Shown here: positions 49,844 through 60,331 of the stretch, in pieces
How the letters are laid out: each line of letters begins with the position of its first letter
Position numbering within the stretch: the stretch's first letter is position 1
Origin: Longimicrobiales bacterium
GTDB taxonomy: Bacteria; Gemmatimonadota; Gemmatimonadetes; Longimicrobiales; Gaopeijiaceae
Assembly (NCBI GenBank): GCA_965202805.1
Contig: OZ241869.1
Span: forward strand, 1,568,001-1,632,000
DNA: 64,000 nucleotides
Direction: 5' to 3'
Notes under the pieces: generated by a model
What the model was told of the DNA's origin: nothing
What the model saw: the letters and a program-made list of their open reading frames with translations, nothing else
The model's database searches: none
Translations under genes and position numbers: made by a program

Positions 49844-50106
49844 GCCGAAAGATCGATGCTGCGGACGGCGGGGCGCCAGTGGGGGAAGTGCGAGGGCCGT
49901 GCCGCGCTCCGGCAGATCGGGTGCGGCGCAGCGTTGCCGAAAATACCATTCGGCGCGCGCCGAACCCTCGACGCTGTTGCCGCAACCCGCCACCGGCTAC
50001 CGTCATGGGTTGGCGCGCGGCGCCGGGCACCGGGCTCGCGAGCCGGCCCCGACCGGCGTTGAACGCCATCCACCCCATCCCTCCACGCAGCCAGGGGCCA
50101 TCTTCC

Positions 50107-51054
50107 ATGAACCATCGTCTCCGCGCATTTGCGCCCTGCCGCGCCTTCCTGGCCGCACCGCTGTCGGCGTTGCTGCTGGCGCCGGCCATCCTTCCCGGCT
50201 CAACCGCCGTGCGGGCCCAGGGGCCCGCGACCCGGCTTGTGATTCTCGGCACCGGAACGCCGATCGCCGACCCGGACCGGTTCGGGCCGGCGGTCGCGGT
50301 GGTGGTCGGGGAGGAGTCCTACCTGGTGGACGCGGGCGCGGGAGTGGTCCGCAGGGCGGCCGCCGCGGCCCGGAACGGGATTCCCGCCCTGGCGGCGTCC
50401 AACCTGAAGCGGGTCTTCATCACGCATCTGCATACAGACCACACGGTCGGGCTTCCGGACCTGATGTTCACCCCCTGGCAGAACGGCCGCGCGGAGCCCC
50501 TCGAGGTCTACGGGCCACCCGGCGCGCTGCGCATGACCACGAACATCGAGGAGGCGTGGGTGGAGGATATCCACATGCGTCTTTTCGGCCTGGAGGGGCG
50601 CACCGCCCACAACTACCGCGCCGTGACGCGGGAAATCGAAGCGGGCACCATCTATGACGACGGCACCGTGCGCGTGGACGCCATCCCCGTCGCGCATACC
50701 AGCTGGCCCGTCGCCTTCGGCTTCCGCTTCGTCACCCCGGACCGCACCATCGTCATCTCGGGGGACACCCGTCCGAGCCCATCTCTCGTCGAAGCCTGCA
50801 ACGGCTGCGACGTGCTCGTGCACGAGGTCTACTCACGGGATTTCTTCGACCGGCATCGGAACCAGATCTACCACGCGGCGGCGCACACCTCGACCGCCCA
50901 GGTCGCCGCGCTGGCGATGGAGGCCCGCCCGGGGCTCCTTGTGCTCTACCACCAGCTCTACCGTTCCGCCACCGACGAGGACCTCATCCGAGAGGTGCGC
51001 GAGGCGGGGTACACCGGGCGCGTGGTGTCGGCCGCGGACCTGGACGTGTACTGA
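50107..51054 (+). CDS. Secreted MBL-fold hydrolase (RNase Z/arylsulfatase-like)
   Basis: Signal peptide, LGTGTP, THLHTDH, SGDT, HTS. Confidence 0.9.
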   Translation: MNHRLRAFAPCRAFLAAPLSALLLAPAILPGSTAVRAQGPATRLVILGTGTPIADPDRFGPAVAVVVGEESYLVDAGAGVVRRAAAAARNGIPALAASNLKRVFITHLHTDHTVGLPDLMFTPWQNGRAEPLEVYGPPGALRMTTNIEEAWVEDIHMRLFGLEGRTAHNYRAVTREIEAGTIYDDGTVRVDAIPVAHTSWPVAFGFRFVTPDRTIVISGDTRPSPSLVEACNGCDVLVHEVYSRDFFDRHRNQIYHAAAHTSTAQVAALAMEARPGLLVLYHQLYRSATDEDLIREVREAGYTGRVVSAADLDVY

Positions 51055-51233
51055 ACGCTCGATGAACGATCACATGCTCGCAGAACGCGGCTCGCGCGAA
51101 TCGCAGTCGAGGCGCGCCGGCGCGGGCCGTGGTTGCCCCGGATTCCGGCGCCGGAATAACTTGGGCGGGTGACCGGCCGCGCGCGCCGGGCATCCCGGGA
51201 CCACGCATTCATGGACCTCACCGGAGTTGGCAT

Positions 51234-51710
51234 ATGGTACGTGCGAGTCTGTTGATGGCGCTCGTGATCCTGACCTCGGGCTGCGCCCGATGGATTCCGG
51301 CCCGGGTCGGCGAAGTGCCGGTCGGCACCGATGTCCGCCTGCGGCTGTCGGAGGAGGGTGCCTCGCGGCTGGAGGAACTGACCGGGACCCGCCAGTCCGA
51401 GGTCTCGGGACAGTTGCTTCAGTGGGGCAGCGAAGTGATGGTCTCGGCCGCCCTGCGAACCGCGGCAGCCGGTGCGAACAGCAGCAGCCTGCGTCAGCGG
51501 TTCGTGGTCGACGAGGAGGACATCCTCGGGGTGGATGTCAGGGAACTGGACCGGACCCGCACCGGACTCTTCGTCGGCGGCGTCGCCGTGGTGGCGGGGT
51601 CGGCGATCGTGTGGGTGGTGTCGCAGCTCACCGGCGGCGGCATCGCGGCACCGACCGATCCCCCGCCCCCCGGACCCAGCGAGCCCTTCGTGCGGATTCG
51701 CATTCCCTAG
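51234..51710 (+). CDS. Hypothetical lipoprotein, paralogue 1
   Basis: Lipobox LTSGC, C-terminal TM helix, Pro linker, terminal PFVRIRIP; GGAG RBS. Confidence 0.85.
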   Translation: MVRASLLMALVILTSGCARWIPARVGEVPVGTDVRLRLSEEGASRLEELTGTRQSEVSGQLLQWGSEVMVSAALRTAAAGANSSSLRQRFVVDEEDILGVDVRELDRTRTGLFVGGVAVVAGSAIVWVVSQLTGGGIAAPTDPPPPGPSEPFVRIRIP

Positions 51711-51730
51711 CAGCCCGTGGACGAACTCCC
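51711..51730 (+). repeat. Partial copy C (left end) of the dispersed repeat
   Basis: CAGCCCGTGGACGAACTCCC directly after the TAG; 17/20 identical to the start of copy B. Confidence 0.55.
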
Positions 51731-51837
51731 CTCGGCCGGGTGGCGAGGGCGGGTCGGGGCGGCCTGCCGCGCCGGCGGCGTCCCAGCTGCCCGGACCACC
51801 ACTCCACCCCATCCATGACTCCCAGCCGAAGGCGAAC

Positions 51838-52311
51838 ATGAGACGCGCCGGTCTGACCCTGATCCTTCTCCTGACCGTATCCGGCTGCGCCCGATGGGTG
51901 CCGGCCCAGCTGGGGACGGTCCCGCCCGGCACCGACGTCCGTCTCCGCCTGTCCGAGGACGGCGCCGCACAGCTTGAGGAAATGACGGGCGCGCGTGCCG
52001 CCGAGCTGACGGGAGAGCTGCTCCAGTGGGAACCCGAAGTGTTGGTGTCCACCGCACTTGCGCCCACGGGCGCGCGCGTCGACCAGGGCCTGCGCCAGCG
52101 CCTGGTCGTGGATCCGGCCAACGTCGTCGGCATCGACGTACGCGAGGTCGACCGCACCCGCACGGGGTTTCTGGTCGGTGGCGTGGTCGCGGTTGCGGGG
52201 TCGGCGATCGCATGGGCGGTCGTCAACATCATCCGGGGCAGCGAAGGCGCGCCCACTACGCCACCGACGGACGGCCCCCAGGAACCCTTCGTGCGGGTGC
52301 GCTTTCCCTAG
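51838..52311 (+). CDS. Hypothetical lipoprotein, paralogue 2
   Basis: Lipobox VSGC; shares GTDVRLRLSE, LLQW, LRQR and DRTRTG with paralogue 1; terminal PFVRVRFP. Confidence 0.85.
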   Translation: MRRAGLTLILLLTVSGCARWVPAQLGTVPPGTDVRLRLSEDGAAQLEEMTGARAAELTGELLQWEPEVLVSTALAPTGARVDQGLRQRLVVDPANVVGIDVREVDRTRTGFLVGGVVAVAGSAIAWAVVNIIRGSEGAPTTPPTDGPQEPFVRVRFP

Positions 52312-52467
52312 CTTCTTGCTGGGGAAGCCCGGCCCTCGGGCACGGGCCACCCCTGGCTTGTCACGTTCACTGACGCCGGGGACCCGCCCTCGCCGAGGCC
52401 CTCAACCGCCCGGCGCACCCCGCGAGCGACTGCAGATCGCTCCCGAGGTGCGCCGGGTGGGTCGTTA

Positions 52468-53709
52468 TCAGCTACCGCCCTGGTAAAACGGGTTGCCGGC
52501 GATCTCTTCGGAGGAGACCGGCCAGCGCCGGTTCGTCCCCAGCTGCTTCGTCACTTCGTCCCACTGCCACGGCTTGATGTCGTAGTAGCGGTGGTCCTGA
52601 AGCCGGCGGCCCTCCACCATGAACTCGAGTCTGCGCTCGTGGATGATCTGTCGGTGGACTTCGGCAATGTCCATGCTCATGAACGGCGGCAGATCCCAGT
52701 TGGCCCGAACCATGTTGATCTGGTTGACCGCCTCCTGGTAGTTGCCGCCCAGGAGGTAGCCCTCCGCCAGGATCAGTCGCGCCTCCTGCCAGCGGCTGAC
52801 GGGAAGATCCGCGTCCAGCCCCTCATACTTGAAGAACCGGTGCACGTCGCCCGTATGGGGCGGCGGCGCGGCGAGCTCGGGCGGGCCTACGCGCGTGCCG
52901 ATGCGCGGATCCACCATGCCGCTCACCGGGTCCTCGATGGCCACGTTGCGCGGATCGATGATGACGCCCGTGATCGACTGATGGTACGTGCTGAGGCCGT
53001 TCAGCGAGCCCGGCTGCTGATAGCGGCAGGCGAAGTAGAAATCGGGCTTCACCGCGAGCGCGGCCTCGGCCGCCTGCATGGCTGCCGCCACCTGGGACAT
53101 GTCCCTGCCACGCTCGAAGAAGAGCGACCTGTGGACGCGGGCCTTGGTGGCGAGCGCCGCCGCCCGCAGGTCCGGGTTGCTCGCCTGGGCCACCTGGTCG
53201 AGCGTCGACAGCGTCTGTTCCAGCACGGCATCCGGCGCCAGCGGCGCCTCGCCGTTGAAGGGCACTTCCTTGAAGTGGTCGGCCAGACTGATGCGCGCGA
53301 ACGCCTCCCAGAAGATGCCGCGCACGATGGTCGTGTCGCCGGGGTTCGACTCCTGCAGCCTCCTCACTGCTTCCTCCGCGATCCAGCGGGCGGAGGACAT
53401 GGAGTTCCAGGCCCCGTTCTGGACCGTATTGAACCCCTCCATGTGACCCCACATGTGGAGTTCGGTGAATGTGAAACTCGAAATGAACGTGACGTCGTCG
53501 GACTGCAGGGCGTTGGCCGCGACCATGCCGTCCCAGGCGTCGCAGACCACGCCCTCGGGTGTGGCGGCCAGAGCCGGAATCAGATCCGGCTCTTCCAGAT
53601 CCGCGATCGTGAGGCTTCCCGGATTGTCGACCTTGAACAGATCACCGCATCCCGCTGCAATCAATACGGTGAACGACAGTACGCCCAGTCTCAGTATATG
53701 CATCCGCAT
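52468..53709 (-). CDS. SusD/RagB-family lipoprotein
   Basis: Lipobox AAGC, RWQEARLILAE, INMVRA, HERRLEFMVEGRRLQDHR, WPVSSEE; AAGGAG RBS. Confidence 0.9.
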   Translation of the reverse strand: MRMHILRLGVLSFTVLIAAGCGDLFKVDNPGSLTIADLEEPDLIPALAATPEGVVCDAWDGMVAANALQSDDVTFISSFTFTELHMWGHMEGFNTVQNGAWNSMSSARWIAEEAVRRLQESNPGDTTIVRGIFWEAFARISLADHFKEVPFNGEAPLAPDAVLEQTLSTLDQVAQASNPDLRAAALATKARVHRSLFFERGRDMSQVAAAMQAAEAALAVKPDFYFACRYQQPGSLNGLSTYHQSITGVIIDPRNVAIEDPVSGMVDPRIGTRVGPPELAAPPPHTGDVHRFFKYEGLDADLPVSRWQEARLILAEGYLLGGNYQEAVNQINMVRANWDLPPFMSMDIAEVHRQIIHERRLEFMVEGRRLQDHRYYDIKPWQWDEVTKQLGTNRRWPVSSEEIAGNPFYQGGS

Positions 53710-53781
53710 TGCTATCTCCTTCTTCAGAAATCCGCTCATCGCCATTGGCGATCGATTCGATACCCGTCGCACAATCGTATC

Positions 53782-56700
53782 CTAGAACGTCGCCTGGAAA
53801 CGAATGCCGAAGCGTCTGGGGCTCGGCGGCTGACCGTAGTCGGAGTTCATGCCGAATGCGTTGTAGGGTCCGCCGGAGCGGGCGTCGGGGATTCCGTGAT
53901 AGGGGGTCAGAGGATCCGACATGCAGACGTCCACGGGGCACTTGTTCCAGAGGAACAGGTTGCTCGCCGACAATCTGACCACCAGGGAATTCATGCCCGC
54001 GAGCGAAGTCAGGAATCTCTCGGGGACGTTGTAGTTGAGGGAGAGGTCCGCGAAGCGAAGGAAGTCGGCCCTGAAGAGGTAGCTGGAGATCATCGAAGGA
54101 TGCTGGTTGCCGAAGTCGTCCGCGACCCGCTGGCGTTCCTCCACCGAGGTGTTCGGGTCGTCCAGGATGGCCTCGAACTCGGCCACTCGCGGTGAATTCC
54201 GGGTAAAGGCGTCCTGAATGACCGACACCTCCGAGAACATGTGATAGTCGTACGCCCCGGTGAAGGTGGCGTTGACGCTCACTCCCCCGGGGAGGTCGAG
54301 CGAGGTGAGGAAGCTTCCCGTCCAGAGCGGGATGGGGCGCCCCACGTACTCCAGTGAATCGCCGCCCGCGGCATTCTTGAGCTTGTTGGGCGTGATCTGG
54401 TTCACCCTCGTGAGCTGATCGATGGGCACCGCCACGGTGTAGGGGTTGCTGGGGTCGGGCACCGGAGCGATCCACGCGCCGGGAGTAAATCCTTCCTTCA
54501 TGGTGGGATAGTACCGGCCGGCGCTGGTACCGCCCTGGATGTGCACCCGATAGGGGGGCACACCGCCCATGTCGAGGATCTTGGAGTCATTCAGAGCGAC
54601 CTGGAAGGTGGTCGACCATCTCAGGCTGGGACGGCGGACCCAGGTAACGTCCAGCGAAGACTCGAACCCCTGGTTGCGAATCTGGCCGACATTGGAAATC
54701 ACCGGCTGGAGGAATCCTGTGGAGGCCGCGGAGGGCACGGGCAGGAGCGCGTCGCTGGTGGTCGCGTTGTAGTACACCAGGTCCAGCCCGACGCGACCGT
54801 CCAGGAAGCCGAACTCCGTCCCGAACTCCCACTCCAAGGTGCGCTCGGGCTTCAGGTCCGCGTTTCCGGGGTTTCCGGTTCTCACGATGGAGAGGTTGTT
54901 CACGGCGATGCCGGGCAGCCATGTCTGGGTAGCGTCGAACGCGCCTGGCTGCAGCCCCGCCGCGCCGAGCGCCGCCCGCACCCGGAACTGGTCCCAGGTC
55001 TGGAACGGCCAGAAATCATGGTCCGAGACGACCCAGGAGGCACCGCCCTTGGGGTACACCTGGAAGGCGAAGTTTTCGCCGAAAGCCGAGTTGCCGTCCA
55101 CGCGCAGGCCGGCGTTCAGGAAGAGGCGGTTATACAGCCCGATTTCCTCCTGGGCGTACACGCCGGCGTTAATGACTTCCTGGAAGCGTTCGTTCGGCGG
55201 CAGGAGTTGTGATCCGGCCGGCAGGGTTGAGAGCTGGCGCAGCGGGAAGTCCCGAACCCCGAGTGTCCTGAACCACTCCTCTTCCCAGAAGCTCTGACCA
55301 CCAACAAGCAGAGTCGAGGTCAGGTTCTCGCTGAAGTCCCGGCTCCAGGACGTCTTGAAGTCCAGGGTGGTGGCCGTCCGTTCGGAAGTGCGCACCAGGC
55401 GCTCGCCCTGCTCGTGATAGATGTTAAGGCCCTTGGCGACGTGCTCGATGTACTCCTCGGTGATCCGGTCCCGGCCCATGATGAGCTCCGAGCGAATGCC
55501 GTGGCCCCAGTCGTAGTTCATGGAGCCGCTGAGGGTCACCCGCTGCTCGTCCTGGTTCGACGTCACGCTTGCGATGGGGTCGCTGTCCAGAGGGAGGAAA
55601 TGCTCGCTCGGGGAGAGCGGTCCGCTGTACCCGTGCGGCGGCGGCCACGCGATCTCGTAGGCGTTGACGCCGTAGCGCCCGCCGTAGGGGAACCTCGGCG
55701 CCGGATTCCTGGGCGTCGCCAGGAAGAAGCCCCAGAGGTATCCGCTGCCCCAGTTGAGCCCGTTCTGCCCGGGCTGGCGCCGGTCGCTGAAGACCGTGTT
55801 CATGTCCACGCGAATGCCGAGCCTCTCGGTGGCCTGCACCGTGAGGTTGGCGCGCAGGTTGGCGTCCAGGGTTCCCTGGAAGTCACGGTACTCGCGGCCC
55901 ATCTGCCCGACCTCGTCGCGGAGTCGGCCGGAGGCGAAATACTGTACCGTCGAGGTCCCGCCCCGTACGTCCGCGTTGAAGTCCATGACCGAGCCCCAGC
56001 CACCGAGGTAGTCGAGGGCGGGCTTGCCCAGGGTCTGCAACTGCTTGGTGTCGAAGTTGTAGCCCCAGACTCCCTTCAGACGGGCGGACGGGATCCTCGT
56101 GCCGTCGAAGCCGGTCCCGAAGGTCCACACCGGATCGCCGGCGCTCCCCCGCTTGGTGATGATCTGGATCACCCCGCTCGATGCCTCGGTGCCGTAGAGG
56201 GTCGCGGCGGCGGCACCCTTGATCACCTCGATGCGCTCGATGTCGTTGGGATTGAGGCGGTCGATGGTACCAGCCTGGCGGGCGCCTCCCACCTTGCTGT
56301 AGTTGGAGTCGATGCGAACCCCGTCAACGTAGATGAGCGGTGCGCTCCGCTGCGTGAGGCTGACCGCGCCGCGCAGGAGGATCTGGCTCGAGGTCCCCAC
56401 GTTCGGGGCGATCCCGGGCACCATCCCGGCGATGCGCCCGGAGAGGGCCTCGGTGATATTGGATATGGGCGCGGAATTGATCGTTTCCGCTCCCAGCGTC
56501 TCGACGGTCTGGCCCAGACGGCGCCGTTCGGTGACGACTCCGGTGCCGGTGACGATCACCTCGTCCAGCGCGATCGCTTCCGACTCCATCTGGACGTCCA
56601 GGTTCACGGTTTCGTCCGCGACCACGGTGACGTCCCGGGTCTCGGTCCCGTATCCGATGTAGCGGACCTCCAGCGCATGGTTGCCGGCAGGAATGCCGAG

Positions 56701-56901
56701 CAGCACGAAACGGCCGTTGGCGTTGGTGACGTTGCCGACGCCTTCCGCTGCGATGCTCACCTGCGCGCCCGCCAGCGGCAGCCCGGTGCCCACCTCCTGG
56801 ACCGAGCCGGTGATGGTGCCCGTCTGGGCGGACACGGGACCGGCGGCGGCAATGGCGATGGCCACTCCTGCGGCGAGGATGAGCTTACGAGGGACTTTCA
56901 T
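53782..56901 (-). CDS. SusC/RagA TonB-dependent receptor
   Basis: N-terminal carboxypeptidase-regulatory-like domain, LDEVIVTG, IEVIKGAAAATLYG, GVIQIITKRG, GNADLKPER, C-terminal FQATF. Confidence 0.95.
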   Translation of the reverse strand: MKVPRKLILAAGVAIAIAAAGPVSAQTGTITGSVQEVGTGLPLAGAQVSIAAEGVGNVTNANGRFVLLGIPAGNHALEVRYIGYGTETRDVTVVADETVNLDVQMESEAIALDEVIVTGTGVVTERRRLGQTVETLGAETINSAPISNITEALSGRIAGMVPGIAPNVGTSSQILLRGAVSLTQRSAPLIYVDGVRIDSNYSKVGGARQAGTIDRLNPNDIERIEVIKGAAAATLYGTEASSGVIQIITKRGSAGDPVWTFGTGFDGTRIPSARLKGVWGYNFDTKQLQTLGKPALDYLGGWGSVMDFNADVRGGTSTVQYFASGRLRDEVGQMGREYRDFQGTLDANLRANLTVQATERLGIRVDMNTVFSDRRQPGQNGLNWGSGYLWGFFLATPRNPAPRFPYGGRYGVNAYEIAWPPPHGYSGPLSPSEHFLPLDSDPIASVTSNQDEQRVTLSGSMNYDWGHGIRSELIMGRDRITEEYIEHVAKGLNIYHEQGERLVRTSERTATTLDFKTSWSRDFSENLTSTLLVGGQSFWEEEWFRTLGVRDFPLRQLSTLPAGSQLLPPNERFQEVINAGVYAQEEIGLYNRLFLNAGLRVDGNSAFGENFAFQVYPKGGASWVVSDHDFWPFQTWDQFRVRAALGAAGLQPGAFDATQTWLPGIAVNNLSIVRTGNPGNADLKPERTLEWEFGTEFGFLDGRVGLDLVYYNATTSDALLPVPSAASTGFLQPVISNVGQIRNQGFESSLDVTWVRRPSLRWSTTFQVALNDSKILDMGGVPPYRVHIQGGTSAGRYYPTMKEGFTPGAWIAPVPDPSNPYTVAVPIDQLTRVNQITPNKLKNAAGGDSLEYVGRPIPLWTGSFLTSLDLPGGVSVNATFTGAYDYHMFSEVSVIQDAFTRNSPRVAEFEAILDDPNTSVEERQRVADDFGNQHPSMISSYLFRADFLRFADLSLNYNVPERFLTSLAGMNSLVVRLSASNLFLWNKCPVDVCMSDPLTPYHGIPDARSGGPYNAFGMNSDYGQPPSPRRFGIRFQATF

Positions 56902-57012
56902 GCTTCCACCTCCTGTTCGAGGGAACGGGTCATTTGATCCTGCCTGCGAAGCCCCGGAGGAGCTTCGTCCAAACAGCCCGGGCATTGGTCTGCGCGGCGC
57001 CCGGTCCGCGAT

Positions 57013-58818
57013 CTAACACATGGCGCAGTTGTCGTTGTTTATCGCGCCCAGTCGTTCCAGAAGGGCGATCGTCGCCGGGAAGGGGCGAACGTTGTAGCTC
57101 GGACTGTTGGCCATGTCAACGGTGGTCTGGCCGAGCCTCGTCACCGCATGCACGTCGGCGCCGCGCTCGATCAGGTAGAGAATGACCTCGTTGTCTCCGC
57201 GCGACGCGGCGTTGTGCAGCGGCGTGCGGGCATCCAGATCCCGGGCGTTGACGTCGGCGCCGAGTTCCTCGACCAGGTACTTCACGGCCGGGAGCCATCC
57301 GCCCGGCACGTACCGGTGTTCGTTTGCGGCACGCTGGTCGTATCCGACGCCGGTGGCCGCGTGGATGGGGTACATGGCATTGCCTCCGGGGGGAACCGGG
57401 GGGATGCCGCTCTGGTCAACGGTCGGCGAGTAGTCCGCAGCCACCGGGGCAACGTCAGCGTCCGGCGGCTTTCGGCTGGGGATGTCGGGATCTGCCCCGT
57501 AGGCGACCAGCAGCTTCATCGCGGCCACGTCGACGCCCAGTGCGGCGCGGAAGAAGGGCGTGGTGCCCTCCAGGTTCGCGCTCACGAGACGCTGATGGGC
57601 CCACCACAAATCCCTGCTGAGCCGGGCGTTGGGATCCGCGCCCGCCCGAAGCAGGTCCTCCATCACTTCGAGATAGCCGGCTTTCTGCTCTTCGTGTGCG
57701 CGCGGCTGGGGGTAGAAGGAGGTGCCGGCCCATTGCACGTTGATCACGGCGTACAGGGGCGTCGCCCCGGGCTCGCTGGCGACGTTGGGGTCGGCGCCCC
57801 GTGCGAGGAGATGGAGCCCCAGGTCGAAGCGCCCGTTCAGCATGGCGATCAGTATCGGGCTGGTCCCGTCTCCGCTGGTCTGGTCGACGTCCGCGCCTCC
57901 GTCCAGAAGCGCGTCCACGGCTTCGGTGTGCCCCGCGCGGGCCGCGTGCAGAAGGGGGGTGAGCCCGCCCCACCTGCCCACCAGGGCCGGCTGGCCCGGG
58001 GGAGGGTTGGTGGAGATCGGCGAGATCCCCTGCACCTCGCCGTCCAGGATCAGCACGTCGCCCCGGCGTTGCACTTCGCGCGCGGCCTCGATGGCCACCG
58101 CCACCTGGCCGGGCGTCGGGCGCTCTCCCTCGTCGACCGGTCCCCAGGGGTCCGCCCGCGGGTCGTTCTCCAGCCAGTCCGGGCGGAACTGGGCCAGCAC
58201 CTCGTACAACCGGTGTTGCGCGGCGACGTCCACGGCCGCCCGCCGATCCACGTCCTCGATCACGGATTCGGACAGAGAGACATCCGCTCCCAGTTCGAGC
58301 AGCGTGCGGATGGCGTGCGGGCGGTTGCGGGCCGCCGCGAAGATCAGCGGCGTCTGCCCCCATTCCCGCTCGCGGGCGTCCAGGTCGGCGCCCGCATCAG
58401 CCAAAACCCGGATCGCCTCCGAACTCCCCGACTCGGCGGCCAGGTGGAGCGGGGTCACACCGCTGTTGGTGGTCTTGGCGTGCACGTCGGCGCCCGCCGC
58501 CAGCAGCGCCTCCACGACCGCAGCGCCTCCTGCCCGGCCCGCGAGGTGGAGGGGCGTGTAGCGTCCGATCCGGGTGCCCGCCTCGACGTTGGCGCCTGCG
58601 GTGATGAGCAGCCCCGCCATCTCCGCGTCGGCATGACGCGCCGCCCAGTGGAGGGCGGTCATGCCGTCGCCCAGGGCCTCGTTGGCGTCGGCCCCCCGTT
58701 CCAGCAGGGCGCGCACCGCCTCGAGGTCCCCGCGCATGGCCGCATCGGCGACCGGCCCGCTTGCCGCCGGGCCAGCCAGCAGCAGGGCGATGATCGTGAA
58801 GGCTGTCGTCGGGTTCAC
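57013..58818 (-). CDS. Secreted ankyrin-repeat protein with C-terminal CxxC
   Basis: Multiple TALH/TPLH repeats, signal peptide, ends NNDNCAMC. Confidence 0.93.
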   Translation of the reverse strand: MNPTTAFTIIALLLAGPAASGPVADAAMRGDLEAVRALLERGADANEALGDGMTALHWAARHADAEMAGLLITAGANVEAGTRIGRYTPLHLAGRAGGAAVVEALLAAGADVHAKTTNSGVTPLHLAAESGSSEAIRVLADAGADLDAREREWGQTPLIFAAARNRPHAIRTLLELGADVSLSESVIEDVDRRAAVDVAAQHRLYEVLAQFRPDWLENDPRADPWGPVDEGERPTPGQVAVAIEAAREVQRRGDVLILDGEVQGISPISTNPPPGQPALVGRWGGLTPLLHAARAGHTEAVDALLDGGADVDQTSGDGTSPILIAMLNGRFDLGLHLLARGADPNVASEPGATPLYAVINVQWAGTSFYPQPRAHEEQKAGYLEVMEDLLRAGADPNARLSRDLWWAHQRLVSANLEGTTPFFRAALGVDVAAMKLLVAYGADPDIPSRKPPDADVAPVAADYSPTVDQSGIPPVPPGGNAMYPIHAATGVGYDQRAANEHRYVPGGWLPAVKYLVEELGADVNARDLDARTPLHNAASRGDNEVILYLIERGADVHAVTRLGQTTVDMANSPSYNVRPFPATIALLERLGAINNDNCAMC

Positions 58819-58827
58819 GGCAAACCC

Positions 58828-60270
58828 CTATCTGCTCGACGACTGCGCCGCCGCCACGGCACCCCCGGGATAACCCAGCGCGAACTCGCCCGTGCTGTCG
58901 CCGAAGCTGTCCATGTCCTCGTGGCCCAGCCGATGCAGCAGGCTGAGGAAGACGTTCGCCATGGGGGTCCCGTCGGGGGCCTTCAGGTGAACATTGCCCT
59001 CGAGCCGCCCGTTTCCGTGGCCCAGCAGGATGAGCGGGCAGCGGCGGTGGTTGTGGACGTTGCCGTCCGCCATCGGCGAACCCCATACGATCACCGACTT
59101 GTCCAGCAGGCTGGCGTCGCCCTCCATGCTCGCCTGCAGCTTCTCCAGGAAGTACGGCAGGGGGCTCATGCGGTATTGCGCGATCTGGTTGAAGTCCAGA
59201 ATCGCCTCTTCGCTGTTGCCGTGGTGCGAGGCCGGATGGAACGGCGTGGTGGTGCCGCTCTCGGGGTGGATCCGGTTCGAGGCGTCGCGCCCCATCTTGA
59301 AGGACACCACCCGCGTCATGTCGGTCTGGAATGCCAGAACCTGCAGGTCGAACATCAGCTCCATGTGCTCGGCGAAGGAGTCGGGCACTCCGGCGGGCGC
59401 TTCGGGCAGCTCCCGCTGTTCGCCGCTCGAGTTGAACTCCTCGACCTTCTGGATCCGGCGCTCCACCTCCCGCACGTTCTCGAGATACCGGTCCAGCCGG
59501 TTGCGGTCCTCGGTGCCCACCCGGGCCCTGAGCGTCGCCACCTCCTCCACGATCCAGTCGAGGATGCTCTGGTTGGTGCGCCTGCGCACCGCGCGCTCCT
59601 CATTGCTTCCGCCGGCGCCGAAGAGCAGGTCGAACGCGGCGCGCGGGTCGCGGATCATCGGCAGCGGCTCGGTCGGGGAAGCCCAGCTGATCGCGTCCGT
59701 GTAGGCGCAGTGGTAGTTGTACCAGCAGCCCCCGCCCTGCCCCAGGTTCTCGATGCAGAGCTGCAGCGACGGGAGCGCGGTGTCCTGCCCGAACCGTCGC
59801 GCCTGCAGCTGGTCGAGGGAGACGCCGACGTAGATGTCGGAGCCCTGCGTCTGCTTGGGATGGCACTGGGTCAGGAAGACCGCGGTCGAGCGGAAGTGGT
59901 CGCCCCCGATCTCGTTGGGCTCGTAGGCCTCCGCCATGCGAACATCGGTGTTGCTGATGATGGTGAGGTAGTCCTGGAAGCGTTCGAGCGGCTTGAGCAC
60001 GTTCGCATCCGTCATGCGGAAGTTTCGCCCGATCTTCCCGGGTGCGAACAGCTGCTGGCTCGCGCCCCACTCGCTGCATCCCGGCACCCCGTGCACCTCT
60101 TCGATGCACACGAGGCGGGTGCGGTCCTCGAGCGCAGCCGCCGCGCGCCCCCAGCGGCCCGGTCCGGCCGGCATCATGGCGTCCAGGAGGGGCAGCGCCA
60201 CCGTGGCTCCCATCCCGCGAACGAAGGTGCGGCGGGGAATGTGCGCGCCCGTGATGAAGCTGGTCGTCAT
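58828..60270 (-). CDS. DUF1552 (HXXSHH) family protein with Tat-like signal
   Basis: RRTFVRGMGATVALPLLDAM, FHPASHH, DGNVHNH. Confidence 0.93.
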   Translation of the reverse strand: MTTSFITGAHIPRRTFVRGMGATVALPLLDAMMPAGPGRWGRAAAALEDRTRLVCIEEVHGVPGCSEWGASQQLFAPGKIGRNFRMTDANVLKPLERFQDYLTIISNTDVRMAEAYEPNEIGGDHFRSTAVFLTQCHPKQTQGSDIYVGVSLDQLQARRFGQDTALPSLQLCIENLGQGGGCWYNYHCAYTDAISWASPTEPLPMIRDPRAAFDLLFGAGGSNEERAVRRRTNQSILDWIVEEVATLRARVGTEDRNRLDRYLENVREVERRIQKVEEFNSSGEQRELPEAPAGVPDSFAEHMELMFDLQVLAFQTDMTRVVSFKMGRDASNRIHPESGTTTPFHPASHHGNSEEAILDFNQIAQYRMSPLPYFLEKLQASMEGDASLLDKSVIVWGSPMADGNVHNHRRCPLILLGHGNGRLEGNVHLKAPDGTPMANVFLSLLHRLGHEDMDSFGDSTGEFALGYPGGAVAAAQSSSR

Positions 60271-60331
60271 CGTCGTGCTCCCTCTATCGTTGCGCCCCGG
60301 GGCAACGGCCCCGGAGCAAAGTGTCCGTCTT

